Shown here: piece by piece, positions 38,767 to 47,803 of the stretch
How the letters are laid out: every line of letters begins with the position of its first letter
Position numbering within the stretch: the stretch's first letter is position 1
DNA from: Eubacteriales bacterium
Lineage (GTDB): Bacteria > Bacillota > Clostridia > Oscillospirales > CAG-272
Direction of reading: 5' to 3'
DNA: 64,000 nt
NCBI GenBank assembly: GCA_050309735.1
Contig: JBNRMS010000072.1
Location: 3,815 to 67,814, forward strand
Notes under the pieces: model-generated
Told to the model about the DNA's origin: nothing
The model's database searches: none
What the model saw: the letters and a program-made list of their open reading frames with translations, nothing else
Position numbers and translations under genes: made by a program

Positions 38767-38789
38767 CCATAGTTAGAGGGGTTTGTCTA
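38761..38789 (-). promoter_or_regulatory. Promoter driving the tandem element and ABC operon
   Basis: Minus strand: TAGACA (38789-38784), 17 nt, TGgTATAAT (-10 at 38766-38761). The same ATAGACAAA -35 context occurs at the 49.37-kb copy. Confidence 0.55.
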
Positions 38790-39177
38790 TGTTGCACCGT
38801 GCTTTTTTATTTGGCACAATCGACTTTCTGCTACCATTGATATTATTTCTTCGCGCTGATACGAGTGTAATTTAAAATGATTAATGGTATGCAGCTCAGC
38901 ACGAGAGCGCACTCACGCCCACCCGTCACAAACATATTATAATCCCGGTTACAAAGGCCGCAAAGCTTGCCATAAGCGCAACCTTTTTATGCAGTCCCTC
39001 GCGTGCCCGAAGCAGGCAAATTGTTAATCCAAATCCTTGTATTGTCAAGCGGCAAGTCTTGAAAACACATGCGGGCGGGGGGCGGGTGCGGTCAAGCCCT
39101 TTCTCTGGTTTGGTAATAATGCACAATTTTTGTGTCGCTTTTTATTGAATATTCGCCTTGTGTTCGTTCTTTTGCTG

Positions 39178-39206
39178 TTGACTTATTCTTTTATTTATTA
39201 TACAAT
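39178..39206 (+). promoter_or_regulatory. Sigma-70-type promoter for the ABC/DUF1854 pair
   Basis: TTGACT (39178-39183), 17 nt, TACAAT (39201-39206). Confidence 0.5.
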
Positions 39207-39262
39207 AAGGTGGCTGCTGTGTCGCGGAGTTTTTCGCAATTATGACACGGCACGGAGGATGT

Positions 39263-41572
39263 ATGGACCTGTTTATAAATCGGCAGCTTCGCCCGGAGCA
39301 GCTTGCCGAGCTTAGATCTCACGCACCTGACGACGACCCTATTCTCTTTGCAATTGTAGGTGATTTATCCGAGAGCGCGCATTATAATCATAATGTCCTT
39401 GCCTTTACCTCAAAAACATTTTTTACATATGATTTTGACAATGGTAAGCTCGGTCGGATTTTCAATATATCCGATGTCAGCGAGATTTTCAACAAACGCA
39501 TGTATGGCAATGCTGTCATGCGTACCAAGATTAATGGCGGTGAAGTCATAGATGTCTACCGTTTCACTTTTGCTGTGGCGGGTCTATGTGATGCCGCCGT
39601 TTACTATGTCAACTCAATTCGCGGCGGAACCGACCTTAAGGAAGCGCTGGCAGGAATTGAGGCGACATATGAAAAGCAACTGTCTACCTGCCCTAAGTGC
39701 GGCCGCACTCTCTCCGCGCCCGGGGTAAATTGTATAAGCTGCGAGAGCAAGGGAAAAATCGTCTCAAGGCTCACCAAATATATGAAGCCCGAGGCGCATA
39801 TACTTATTTTCTCGGTTATCCTCTCGGTAATCACAACAGCCCTTGCCCTCATCCCCCCATTCCTCAACCGCACACTTGTCGATGACATACTTGTCGCCGG
39901 CAACAGAGCCAACACAACAATATATCTGTTCGGCCATTTTGAGATGAATGTCCAGCGCAGCCTTATGATAATAGGCGTTATGCTGGCGCTGAATTATGTT
40001 CTGCGATACGGCCTTGGGGCGGTTCGCGGGTATTTTTTGCGTAAGTCAGGCGACAGAATTGTTAAATCGCTGCGCGACGATGTTTACAGACACGCACAGT
40101 ACCTCCCTATGCGCTTCTATGACAAAACCTCGACCGGCTCTGTCATCAACCGTATCGCGGGCGACAGCTCAACCCTGCAATCCTTCATGCTCCGCATAAC
40201 GCAGGAGGTGGTCGTTCAATTTTTCAAGCTGATAGGCATTATAATAATAATGCTCGTGATGAACTGGCGCCTTGCCATCTATTCGCTAATCCCCGTGCCC
40301 TTCGTCGCTATCGGCGCGCGTATCTTCTCGAAGAAAATCGCGCCCTTCTACCGTCGAATCTGGCGCCGCTGGTCCGCGGTTTCGGGAGTGCTGACAGATA
40401 CCATCCCCGGCATCCGGGTTATCAAATCCTTCACAAATGAAAAAAATTCGACCAGGTTCTTCGAGGAGAAGAATCAGGAGTGGTGCGAAACAGACATCAA
40501 AGCCGGCAAGATACTCAATATTTATCCGGCGGTCGTAAACTTCTTTGTCAGCTCGGGCTCAATTGTAATCTGGATGCTCGGCGGGCTTGCCGTTATCGGG
40601 GCGACAAATGTGTCGGGAAACCTCACTGTCGGACTTCTCATGTCCTTCATCTCATACGCCTCGATGTTCTATGAGCCTGTTAACTTCTTTGCAAATCTCA
40701 ACGATTCATACCAACACGCCCTCTCCTCGGCCGAACGAATATTCGACATACTTGACGCCGAACCCGAGCACGACTTCGGCAAGGGCAATACCCTCCCCGA
40801 GGTCAAAGGCGCCATTGAGTTCCGCGATGTCTCCTTCTCGTTTGACCGCACCAAGAAGGTGCTTAAAAATATAAATCTTAAGATAGAACCGGGCGATATT
40901 GTCGGTATTGTCGGCACCACCGGCTCGGGAAAATCAACCCTTGTTAACCTGTTTTTGAGGTACTACGACCACTACGACGGGAAAATATTGCTTGACAACA
41001 CCGATATCCGCAAGATTGATATGGAATTTTTCCGTTCGAGCATAGGTTATGTCCAGCAGGAACCGATGATGTTCCACGACACAATCTTCAATAATATTGC
41101 ATATGGCGACGAGAAATACAGCGTTGAGGACGTGATAGCCGCCGCCGATATCGCAAACGCGCACGAATTTATAATTCGCCAGCCCGACGGTTATGACTCG
41201 GTGCTCGGCGAGCGTGGAGTCGGGCTCTCGGGCGGCGAGAGACAGCGGCTTTCAATCGCCCGCGCGGTTCTAAAAAATCCGAGCATACTCGTCTTTGACG
41301 AGGTGACAGCCTCGGTCGACTCCGAAACAGAACACCTTATTCAGGACGCTATCGAGCGCCTTATCAGCGGGCGCACCACCATCATGATAGCCCACCGCCT
41401 CTCAACTCTTAGCAAGGCTAACAAGATTGTCGTTGTCGACAACGGCGCGATAATAGAATTCGGCTCGCCCGAGGAGCTGATGGCGCAAAAGGGAAAATAC
41501 TACCGCCTTGTAGAAATTCAGACTATGTCTGAGAAGATCAAGGAGGAGAAGGCGAAGGAGAACTTTGAATGA
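39263..41572 (+). CDS. ABC exporter (fused permease/ATPase) with N-terminal cytoplasmic domain and zinc ribbon
   Basis: Start moved to ATG 39263 (GGAGG SD). About 130-aa N-terminal soluble domain, then the CPKCGRTLSAPGVNCISC ribbon, six TM, Walker A GTTGSGKST, LSGGERQR, ILVFDEVTASVD. Confidence 0.85.
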   Translation: MDLFINRQLRPEQLAELRSHAPDDDPILFAIVGDLSESAHYNHNVLAFTSKTFFTYDFDNGKLGRIFNISDVSEIFNKRMYGNAVMRTKINGGEVIDVYRFTFAVAGLCDAAVYYVNSIRGGTDLKEALAGIEATYEKQLSTCPKCGRTLSAPGVNCISCESKGKIVSRLTKYMKPEAHILIFSVILSVITTALALIPPFLNRTLVDDILVAGNRANTTIYLFGHFEMNVQRSLMIIGVMLALNYVLRYGLGAVRGYFLRKSGDRIVKSLRDDVYRHAQYLPMRFYDKTSTGSVINRIAGDSSTLQSFMLRITQEVVVQFFKLIGIIIIMLVMNWRLAIYSLIPVPFVAIGARIFSKKIAPFYRRIWRRWSAVSGVLTDTIPGIRVIKSFTNEKNSTRFFEEKNQEWCETDIKAGKILNIYPAVVNFFVSSGSIVIWMLGGLAVIGATNVSGNLTVGLLMSFISYASMFYEPVNFFANLNDSYQHALSSAERIFDILDAEPEHDFGKGNTLPEVKGAIEFRDVSFSFDRTKKVLKNINLKIEPGDIVGIVGTTGSGKSTLVNLFLRYYDHYDGKILLDNTDIRKIDMEFFRSSIGYVQQEPMMFHDTIFNNIAYGDEKYSVEDVIAAADIANAHEFIIRQPDGYDSVLGERGVGLSGGERQRLSIARAVLKNPSILVFDEVTASVDSETEHLIQDAIERLISGRTTIMIAHRLSTLSKANKIVVVDNGAIIEFGSPEELMAQKGKYYRLVEIQTMSEKIKEEKAKENFE

Positions 41573-42063
41573 CAAAGAGAATCTATGTTGATAAGTCAAC
41601 CGGCCGGATTGAGCGCACTGATCTCTATCTTGTAAAGCTCATACTAAACGATGGAAGCGTTATTGAAAACCTTGAGCCCCGCCGCCTGTTCCCCCTGAGC
41701 AACACAGATCGCTATGTAACCCTTCTCAACAGCCAGGAGAAGGAGGTAGCCCTCATCCGAGACATTGAAGATCTTGATGCCGTGTCTCGTCAGGCTCTTG
41801 AGGATTGCTTCCGCGAATACTATATGATTCCAAAAATATCGCAGATTATCGACGTCAGGGATAAGCAGGGCAACCTCAGCTTCACGGTGATGACCGACAG
41901 AGGAGAAATAAAATTCCGCATTCGCAACCGACATAGTGATATAAAAAGCTCAAGCAGAACAAAGCGCGTTATAATCCGCGACTCGAATGACAACAGATAC
42001 GAAATAACTAATTTTACCACGCTCGACAGCAAAAGCAGAAGACTGCTCTTCAGCTATGTTTAA
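41569..42063 (+). CDS. DUF1854-like protein (ABC-transporter-associated, function unknown)
   Basis: 4-nt overlap with the ABC stop. LEPRRLFPLSNTDRYVTLLN..EKEVALIRDIEDLD...YMIPKISQIIDV...FTVMTDRGEIKF matches my recollection of the DUF1854 pattern. Confidence 0.6.
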   Translation: MTKRIYVDKSTGRIERTDLYLVKLILNDGSVIENLEPRRLFPLSNTDRYVTLLNSQEKEVALIRDIEDLDAVSRQALEDCFREYYMIPKISQIIDVRDKQGNLSFTVMTDRGEIKFRIRNRHSDIKSSSRTKRVIIRDSNDNRYEITNFTTLDSKSRRLLFSYV

Positions 42064-42087
42064 TAGATCTGATATGCTGAGCGATGA

Positions 42088-42118
42088 CGAAAAGCCGCTG
42101 CCAGAGCAGCGGCTTTTT
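42088..42118 (+). terminator. Intrinsic terminator
   Basis: AAAGCCGCTGC-CAGA-GCAGCGGCTTT followed by TT. Confidence 0.75.
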
Positions 42119-42130
42119 CCGTTCCATCCC

Positions 42131-42159
42131 TTGACAATATTCCCATATTGATGTAAAAT
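42131..42159 (+). promoter_or_regulatory. Sigma-70-type promoter
   Basis: TTGACA (42131-42136), 17 nt, TAAAAT (42154-42159). Confidence 0.5.
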
Positions 42160-42216
42160 TAAAGCATCAATGAAGCCGCGGATAACTGCGGCTCTCAGAA
42201 AGGGATGGTTTATGCA

Positions 42217-43206
42217 ATGAAAAAGATCTTTATCGGCATCCTTGCGGCACTCCTTGTCACGGTGTTTATCTCAAGCTCTGCTCCGGCGTCGGCCTCCCCC
42301 TCCCCCGATTACTACACGCCCGCCAAAGAAGGCGATTTGCTTCACGAACTGAATTTCAGCGGCGACAACTACTGGAAACCAACCGCCTACATAGGCAACT
42401 TCGGCTATACTCCTCTTAGCGCAAGCTCTGCCGAAATTATCGGCCACAACAACTCCGCGCAGAACTGGTATGGCGGCGAGCTTGAGGGTCTGCCGATTGA
42501 CAACGCCGGCTACACTATCACAATGACCATTATACGAAACGAAAAGGCCTGCTTCGGACTTTATGTCGACGGGAAATACGGATGCTACGGCTATGCCGAG
42601 CAACTCCACCTGATGGACGGACCCTCGGCGCTTACCTCAGCCGACGCTCATCCCTATGTTAAACTCGGCAGCCTGGGCTATGATTTCCCAAATGTCGCGG
42701 CAGACGGCTCGGCTCTGAATGACGGTTCGCTTCAGGAATACGCCATGGAGATTGACGGATTTACATACAACCTTCGCTTCTATGTCAAGGATACAAGCGG
42801 TGAATGGCGGCTTGTAGACCAGTCCTACGACGGCGAGATACTTGTGTTTACAACCTACAACCTCGGTCTTTACTTCTACAGCTATTACACGCAGAAGGCC
42901 ACAATAGGAGACCTTAAGATTTACAAGGGTTATACCGTTTCCGGCGAGCCGCTTCAATCAGCTGACGAGGTAACCACCAAGGCACCTGTAACCACCGCCA
43001 AAGTTACCACCAAAGCACCCGGCACGACCAAAGTTCCCGACGAGGTAGGGGATGGCTTAACTACTACGCCTGACACGACCGGCAAACCGGCAGACACCTC
43101 GGGCACCGACAAAAAGCCGGGATGTGCCTCACTGACGTCGAGCGGCGTGGCAGTGTTTGTTATGACGGTCGGGGCGGCCCAACTTATCAGACGAAAAAAG
43201 AGATAG
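42217..43206 (+). CDS. Secreted protein with Thr/Pro/Lys-rich stalk and C-terminal membrane anchor
   Basis: Start at ATG 42217. Signal MKKIFIGILAALLVTVFISSSAPASA. Stalk TTKAPVTTAKVTTKAPGTTKVP. C-terminal hydrophobic segment plus RRKKR. Confidence 0.7.
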   Translation: MKKIFIGILAALLVTVFISSSAPASASPSPDYYTPAKEGDLLHELNFSGDNYWKPTAYIGNFGYTPLSASSAEIIGHNNSAQNWYGGELEGLPIDNAGYTITMTIIRNEKACFGLYVDGKYGCYGYAEQLHLMDGPSALTSADAHPYVKLGSLGYDFPNVAADGSALNDGSLQEYAMEIDGFTYNLRFYVKDTSGEWRLVDQSYDGEILVFTTYNLGLYFYSYYTQKATIGDLKIYKGYTVSGEPLQSADEVTTKAPVTTAKVTTKAPGTTKVPDEVGDGLTTTPDTTGKPADTSGTDKKPGCASLTSSGVAVFVMTVGAAQLIRRKKR

Positions 43207-43239
43207 ATGCAGCATAAATAAAAAATGATGAATAAACAG

Positions 43240-43273
43240 CCCGGCGCCGCTATATAGCGGCGCCGGGTCTTTG
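43240..43273 (+). terminator. Intrinsic terminator
   Basis: 11-bp stem CCCGGCGCCGC / GCGGCGCCGGG, then TCTTTGGG. Confidence 0.65.
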
Positions 43274-43505
43274 GGTAATAGCTCGCGCGAAGGATATAAG
43301 GGATATTTCAAGGGAAAACTTATTAAAAGAAGCATTTCCTGAGGATACCTCCTTCAAGAAATTTTAAACTGTTGGATTTTTCTTAAAGCGATAAGCATAT
43401 AAGAAAAAAACTCATAAAATAAAAATTGTTTAAAAAACAATGCCGCGCGATAAATTTTCGGCCGGCTATTGAATAAGAATAGATTGTGTGTTATAATTAT
43501 TTAAG

Positions 43506-44654
43506 ATGATTTTATCATCGACGCAGATAGCTGCGCTCGATGTTTATTTACCGATACCGTGGAGGAATATATTGAACACCGCAATAAAGCTGCGCTCAGG
43601 CGCGGCCATCAATGAAATCCGCAAGAAAGACGCTGAATCGCGCGGATACCTAACCCGGGGGGTTCTCCGTCAGCTTCATCTAATGCCCGGCGGCGATCCT
43701 GTCGCCTTTTGCTCTAATAAAGACGGCAGCATAATTTATTATTACGACCCCGCAACAGTGAAAGAAGCTCCACCCGAGCTTTGGTATTTCCCCGACGCCA
43801 AGGTCGAGAAGATTACGCTTGAGAGCGGTAATGAAATAGTCAGAATGAGCGCGAAATACGCTGCCACATTTGGATTCTACTCAAAGGAGCGGCTCTCCCA
43901 GATGCACTATGATGTCATCGAGGAGCCGGTTGCCTATACGCGCAAAAACGACAAAAGCATAGTTTATTTATATGATAAAAAGACGGCGATTCGCCGTCCG
44001 CTAATGTGCTCTAAATGCGGGGATTTCGTAAGATTCCGCAAAAAGCTTTGCGAGGGCTGCTATAACGAGGAAATGGCAATCCGCCGCGCCGAGGGCGAGC
44101 TGCACCGGCAAGCCGAATATAATATGGAGCGCGAGCGCGTTCTCTTTTTCGACCTTGAACTGACCGGGTTTTACGACCGCGACGAGATAATCTCAATCTC
44201 AATTGTCAACGGAAAGGGCGAGATTGTGCTCGACACACTTGTAAGACCGGTTCGCACAAAGAAATGGAAAAAAACCGAGAAGATACACGGGATAACCCCT
44301 GAAATGACTGCCGACGCACCCACCCTTGAGGAGTTAACCCCGCGCGTCAAACAAATATTTGAGGACGCCGACGTTCTTGTCGCATACGGCGTTTCAACCG
44401 ATTACAGCCACATTAAGCATATATATTCCACCGAGGAAGAGCGCGAGGCGCTGCGACTTAAGGTTCGCTGCTGCGCTAACGAGTTTGTCAGATACGCGCA
44501 TGAGTGCCGCCCCGATATCGGACACGCGAGCCTTATTGACGCTATGAAATGCTTCGGAATCGAGTGGGAGGGCGCGGCGCATACGTCCATTGCGGATACA
44601 TACGCCTGCCAAAAGGTTTGGGACAAGTTGTTTCCGAATTATTATAGGGCCTGA
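43506..44654 (+). CDS. DEDDh 3'-5' exonuclease (DnaQ-like) with N-terminal extension and Cys4 ribbon
   Basis: Exo motifs FFDLELTG, AYGVSTDYSHI and HTSIADTYAC. CSKCGDFVRFRKKLCEGC ribbon. An alternative start is TTG 43572 with GGAGG 6 nt upstream. ATG 43506 has no SD but sits 9 nt after a TGTTATAAT -10. Confidence 0.75.
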   Translation: MILSSTQIAALDVYLPIPWRNILNTAIKLRSGAAINEIRKKDAESRGYLTRGVLRQLHLMPGGDPVAFCSNKDGSIIYYYDPATVKEAPPELWYFPDAKVEKITLESGNEIVRMSAKYAATFGFYSKERLSQMHYDVIEEPVAYTRKNDKSIVYLYDKKTAIRRPLMCSKCGDFVRFRKKLCEGCYNEEMAIRRAEGELHRQAEYNMERERVLFFDLELTGFYDRDEIISISIVNGKGEIVLDTLVRPVRTKKWKKTEKIHGITPEMTADAPTLEELTPRVKQIFEDADVLVAYGVSTDYSHIKHIYSTEEEREALRLKVRCCANEFVRYAHECRPDIGHASLIDAMKCFGIEWEGAAHTSIADTYACQKVWDKLFPNYYRA

Positions 44655-44689
44655 TGTACTCTGAATGTACTCTGAAAGGATGTGTTTAT

Positions 44690-44992
44690 ATGGATCTGTT
44701 CGGACTTGATAAAACAAGCAAGCACCCCGAGGGGCTTGAACTCTTGACAACGGTTTTTGACAACGTGGAACTTGCGGTGGTTCGCAGCATACTTGAGGGC
44801 GCCGGAATCCCCTATCTTATAAAGGAAAGGGGCTCGGGCAGCTCGGTCAAAATAATCACCGGGCTCTCTATTTTCGGAACAGATATTTTCGTCCGAAGCG
44901 AGGAATTTGAGACGGCAACAGACCTGATAACCCCCATTGACCAGGGAGAGGATGCCCCCGATGAGGAGGCCGAGCAAGAGGGCGAAATTTGA
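44690..44992 (+). CDS. Small DUF2007-like (putative signal-transducing) protein
   Basis: Start at ATG 44690 (AAAGGA SD). LLTTVFDNVELAVVRSILEGAGIPYLIKERG pattern, acidic tail. Confidence 0.55.
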   Translation: MDLFGLDKTSKHPEGLELLTTVFDNVELAVVRSILEGAGIPYLIKERGSGSSVKIITGLSIFGTDIFVRSEEFETATDLITPIDQGEDAPDEEAEQEGEI

Positions 44993-45089
44993 AGGATAAG
45001 TCTTTCAAGGGCAAACTCATAAATTTAATGAAGAATAAGGAGCGGGGAAAAGCTTTTTTGGAAAAAGTTTTTCCCCATATATATGTATT

Positions 45090-46268
45090 ATGAAAGAAAT
45101 TATACTCTGCAAATATGGTGAGATAGTCCTCAAGGGCGCAAACCGCGGCTATTTTGAAGGGCTGCTCTCACAGGAAATCAAAAAACGCGCCGCAGCATAC
45201 GGGAATTTCGATGTCTACCGCGCCCAGAGCACGATATACATCGACCCGAAAGACGATGAGGCCGATATCGACGGGGTGTATGAGGCGGCGAGGCGTGTTT
45301 TCGGTGTTATCGCCGTTGCCCGCGCGGCTATCTCAGAGAAAAATATTGAGAGCATAAGCGAGACGGCAAGAAGCTATATCCCGCGCTTTCTTGTCGGGAA
45401 GAAGAGTTTCAAGGTTGAGGCAAAGCGCTCGGACAAGAGCTTCCCTCTTGATTCTATGGAGATAGCGCGCGAGATTGGCGGGCAAATCCTCTCGATCTGT
45501 CCCGATATAAGAGTGGATGTTCACACACCCGAGATAGTTGTCAAGGTCGAGGTGCGTGAATACGGCGCTTATGTCCATGCGGGGCAGGCTCCGGGCGCCG
45601 GAGGTATGCCTGTCGGAAGCAACGGAGCGGGTCTGCTTCTGCTCTCGGGCGGGATTGATTCACCTGTGGCCGGCTGGATGCTGGCAAAGCGAGGGGTGCG
45701 GCTTGAGGCGCTGCACTTTGAGTCCTTTCCCTATACAAGCGAGCGTGCCAAGCAAAAGGTTATTGACCTCGCCTCAATTGTCGCCTCCTGGGCGGGCGAT
45801 ATAAATCTGCATATCGTCTCGCTCACCCGCGTTCAGGAGGAAATCAAGCGAGCTTGCCGCGAGGATTATTTCACTCTGCTCCTGCGCCGCTATATGATGA
45901 CGATAGCAGACAGGGTAGCAAAAGAGAGGGGCTGCGGAGCGCTTATCACCGGAGAGAGCGTTGGGCAGGTTGCCAGCCAGACTATGCAGGCCATCGCTGT
46001 TACCGACGCCGCCGCGACAATCCCGGTTTTCCGCCCGTGTATCGGGCTTGATAAAGAGGAAATAATCACCCTCTCGCGCAGAATCGGCACATACGATACC
46101 TCAATTCAACCCTATGAGGACTGCTGCACCGTCTTCACCCCCCGCCACCCAAAAACCCGCCCCGAAATGGAGAAGGTGCTCGCCGAGGAGCAAAAACTTG
46201 ACTTTGAGGCGCTTGTTGCCGGCGCGATGTCAACGCTTAACACGGTGAAGATCGAGGCGGAGTACTAA
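45090..46268 (+). CDS. thiI: tRNA 4-thiouridine(8) synthase
   Basis: N-terminus MKEIILCKYGEIVLKGANRGYFE, THUMP region, PP-loop LLSGGIDSPVA. Confidence 0.92.
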   Translation: MKEIILCKYGEIVLKGANRGYFEGLLSQEIKKRAAAYGNFDVYRAQSTIYIDPKDDEADIDGVYEAARRVFGVIAVARAAISEKNIESISETARSYIPRFLVGKKSFKVEAKRSDKSFPLDSMEIAREIGGQILSICPDIRVDVHTPEIVVKVEVREYGAYVHAGQAPGAGGMPVGSNGAGLLLLSGGIDSPVAGWMLAKRGVRLEALHFESFPYTSERAKQKVIDLASIVASWAGDINLHIVSLTRVQEEIKRACREDYFTLLLRRYMMTIADRVAKERGCGALITGESVGQVASQTMQAIAVTDAAATIPVFRPCIGLDKEEIITLSRRIGTYDTSIQPYEDCCTVFTPRHPKTRPEMEKVLAEEQKLDFEALVAGAMSTLNTVKIEAEY

Positions 46269-46291
46269 TATTCTTTGATTTTTCTTATCGC

Positions 46292-46720
46292 TTATAAATA
46301 ATATATGACGGAGGCAGGTCGAATGAACAGACAAGATAACCCCGCGAAAATCAAGACAGGAAAGCCGGATATGCGCGATATTCTCTCCTCGCTCAGCCGA
46401 TACGCGGTGACGCCGCTCTCGCTGATAAACACCTTGCCGGAACGGTTTATATAGCGGTTCTTATGGCGCACGTCCTTATGTATTCGGGCGGCGGACTTGA
46501 AATATTCCCCGGGGGAAGATATGAGGTTGTAAATCTTTTCACGCCCGGAAGACTTGTGACACATTGAATCTTCTTCCCGATAATCCTCTGCCTTGCCGCG
46601 ACTGTTTATTGCTATTGCACCTATATCCGCCGCGGAAAATTCGGCTCTTTGGGAGCGTCGGCGCTTCTTATTGCGGCGGCCTGCCTGCTTCTTCAATTTA
46701 TACCCTTTTATTATGACCAT
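46292..46720 (-). CDS. Hypothetical basic protein with C-terminal hydrophobic tail (doubtful; mutually exclusive with 46649..46942)
   Basis: ORF track only. GC3-rich codons in the middle, but no SD at 46720. Confidence 0.3.
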   Translation of the reverse strand: MVIIKGYKLKKQAGRRNKKRRRSQRAEFSAADIGAIAINSRGKAEDYREEDSMCHKSSGREKIYNLISSPGEYFKSAARIHKDVRHKNRYINRSGKVFISESGVTAYRLSEERISRISGFPVLIFAGLSCLFIRPASVIYYL

Positions 46721-46942
46721 GGTGGTTTTTCGATGTGGGAGTCTATTTTCACAAAACCATTTGTTAAGCGGGGGCTCTTACCCTCGGCTATATACTGGAG
46801 GTATTTGTCTTTTGTGAAGCTATACCCATTTGTGCTTAGTTTTGTTCTAACTGGCGTGGCGGCGCTGTTAAACGGTCTTTCGCTCAGAGATAGCGGCAGC
46901 AAACGTCAAGAAGACAGAGTGCATGCGAAAAAAATCGAATAA
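46649..46942 (+). CDS. Hypothetical small membrane protein (doubtful; mutually exclusive with 46292..46720)
   Basis: Two hydrophobic segments. The stop is followed 19 nt later by a plus-strand terminator. TTG start without a clear SD; an internal ATG with a GGTGG SD is possible. Confidence 0.3.
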   Translation: MGASALLIAAACLLLQFIPFYYDHGGFSMWESIFTKPFVKRGLLPSAIYWRYLSFVKLYPFVLSFVLTGVAALLNGLSLRDSGSKRQEDRVHAKKIE

Positions 46943-46960
46943 AATTAACTCACGCCGACA

Positions 46961-46999
46961 GGCGCCCCGCGAAGTTTTTCGGTGCGGGGCGCTTATTGT
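46961..46999 (+). terminator. Intrinsic terminator
   Basis: Stem GCGCCCCGC / GCGGGGCGC with a 13-nt loop, then TTATTGTATTT. Confidence 0.55.
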
Positions 47000-47000
47000 A

Positions 47001-47028
47001 TTTGACATTTTTATTTTTAGGAGTATAA
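47001..47028 (+). promoter_or_regulatory. Sigma-70-type promoter for the PRT gene
   Basis: TTGACA (47001-47006), 16 nt, TATAAT (47023-47028). Confidence 0.55.
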
Positions 47029-47087
47029 TAATTAATGTAAGCTTTCCGAGATTTGAGACTCGATTCAAACGGAGGATACATAAAAAC

Positions 47088-47642
47088 GTGAAAAGCTATG
47101 ATATTAAAATCGCGGGACTTGAGCGCTCGCTGCCAATCTGTCCCTTGAATGAGGATATATCTATCGCCGGATTCGTCATCTTCGGAGACCCCGAGCTGAC
47201 AACAGCCGCGGCGCGCGAGCTGCTCGCCCGCGCCCCCGAATACGATTATCTAATTACAGCCGAGGCAAAAGGGATACCGCTTGTCCATGAAATGGCCAGG
47301 CTTGCCGGAAACCAAAAATATCTTCTGGCAAGAAAGGCACCAAAGCTCTATATGACCGGTGTGACAAAGGTGACCGTTCACTCGATTACAACAGAAAGAG
47401 AGCAGACCCTTTATCTTGACACTGCCGACGCTAAGCTGATGCAGGGCAAAAGAATCCTTATTGTTGATGATGTTATCTCAACCGGCGAGTCTGTCCGGGC
47501 TATTGAGGAGCTTGTAAATGAGGCCGGGGGAATTGTCTGCGGCCGCATGGCGATACTCGCCGAGGGCGACGCGCGGGGGCGCAAAGATATTATATATCTT
47601 GAGGAGCTGCCGCTGTTCACGAGCGATGGAACAATAATATAA
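47088..47642 (+). CDS. Phosphoribosyltransferase family protein (adenine/purine PRT-like)
   Basis: GTG 47088 with GGAGGA 11 nt upstream. PRPP loop ILIVDDVISTGES. Type I PRT fold pattern. Confidence 0.8.
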   Translation: MKSYDIKIAGLERSLPICPLNEDISIAGFVIFGDPELTTAAARELLARAPEYDYLITAEAKGIPLVHEMARLAGNQKYLLARKAPKLYMTGVTKVTVHSITTEREQTLYLDTADAKLMQGKRILIVDDVISTGESVRAIEELVNEAGGIVCGRMAILAEGDARGRKDIIYLEELPLFTSDGTII

Positions 47643-47803
47643 AAAGCTTTTTATATCATATTTTATTATTTCACTTTTTATAAGGCTTTTGAGGATTCTT
47701 AAGGGACTTTTCCCTCAAAAAAGCCCCTTAAGCGGAATGTAGGGCAACGCCCCACGCGTTTCCTCTATAATCAGATTATTATGGGCAAACTCTGCCTTCC
47801 CCG

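Noticed and set aside
38926-39126. 66-aa minus-strand ORF in the divergent ABC intergenic region
   Set aside because: It has a TTG start with no SD, an odd composition, and sits upstream of the promoter that serves the minus-strand operon.
47029-47087. Purine/PRPP-type riboswitch upstream of the phosphoribosyltransferase gene
   Set aside because: The leader is only about 55 nt after the predicted -10 and has none of the conserved purine-riboswitch junction sequences.
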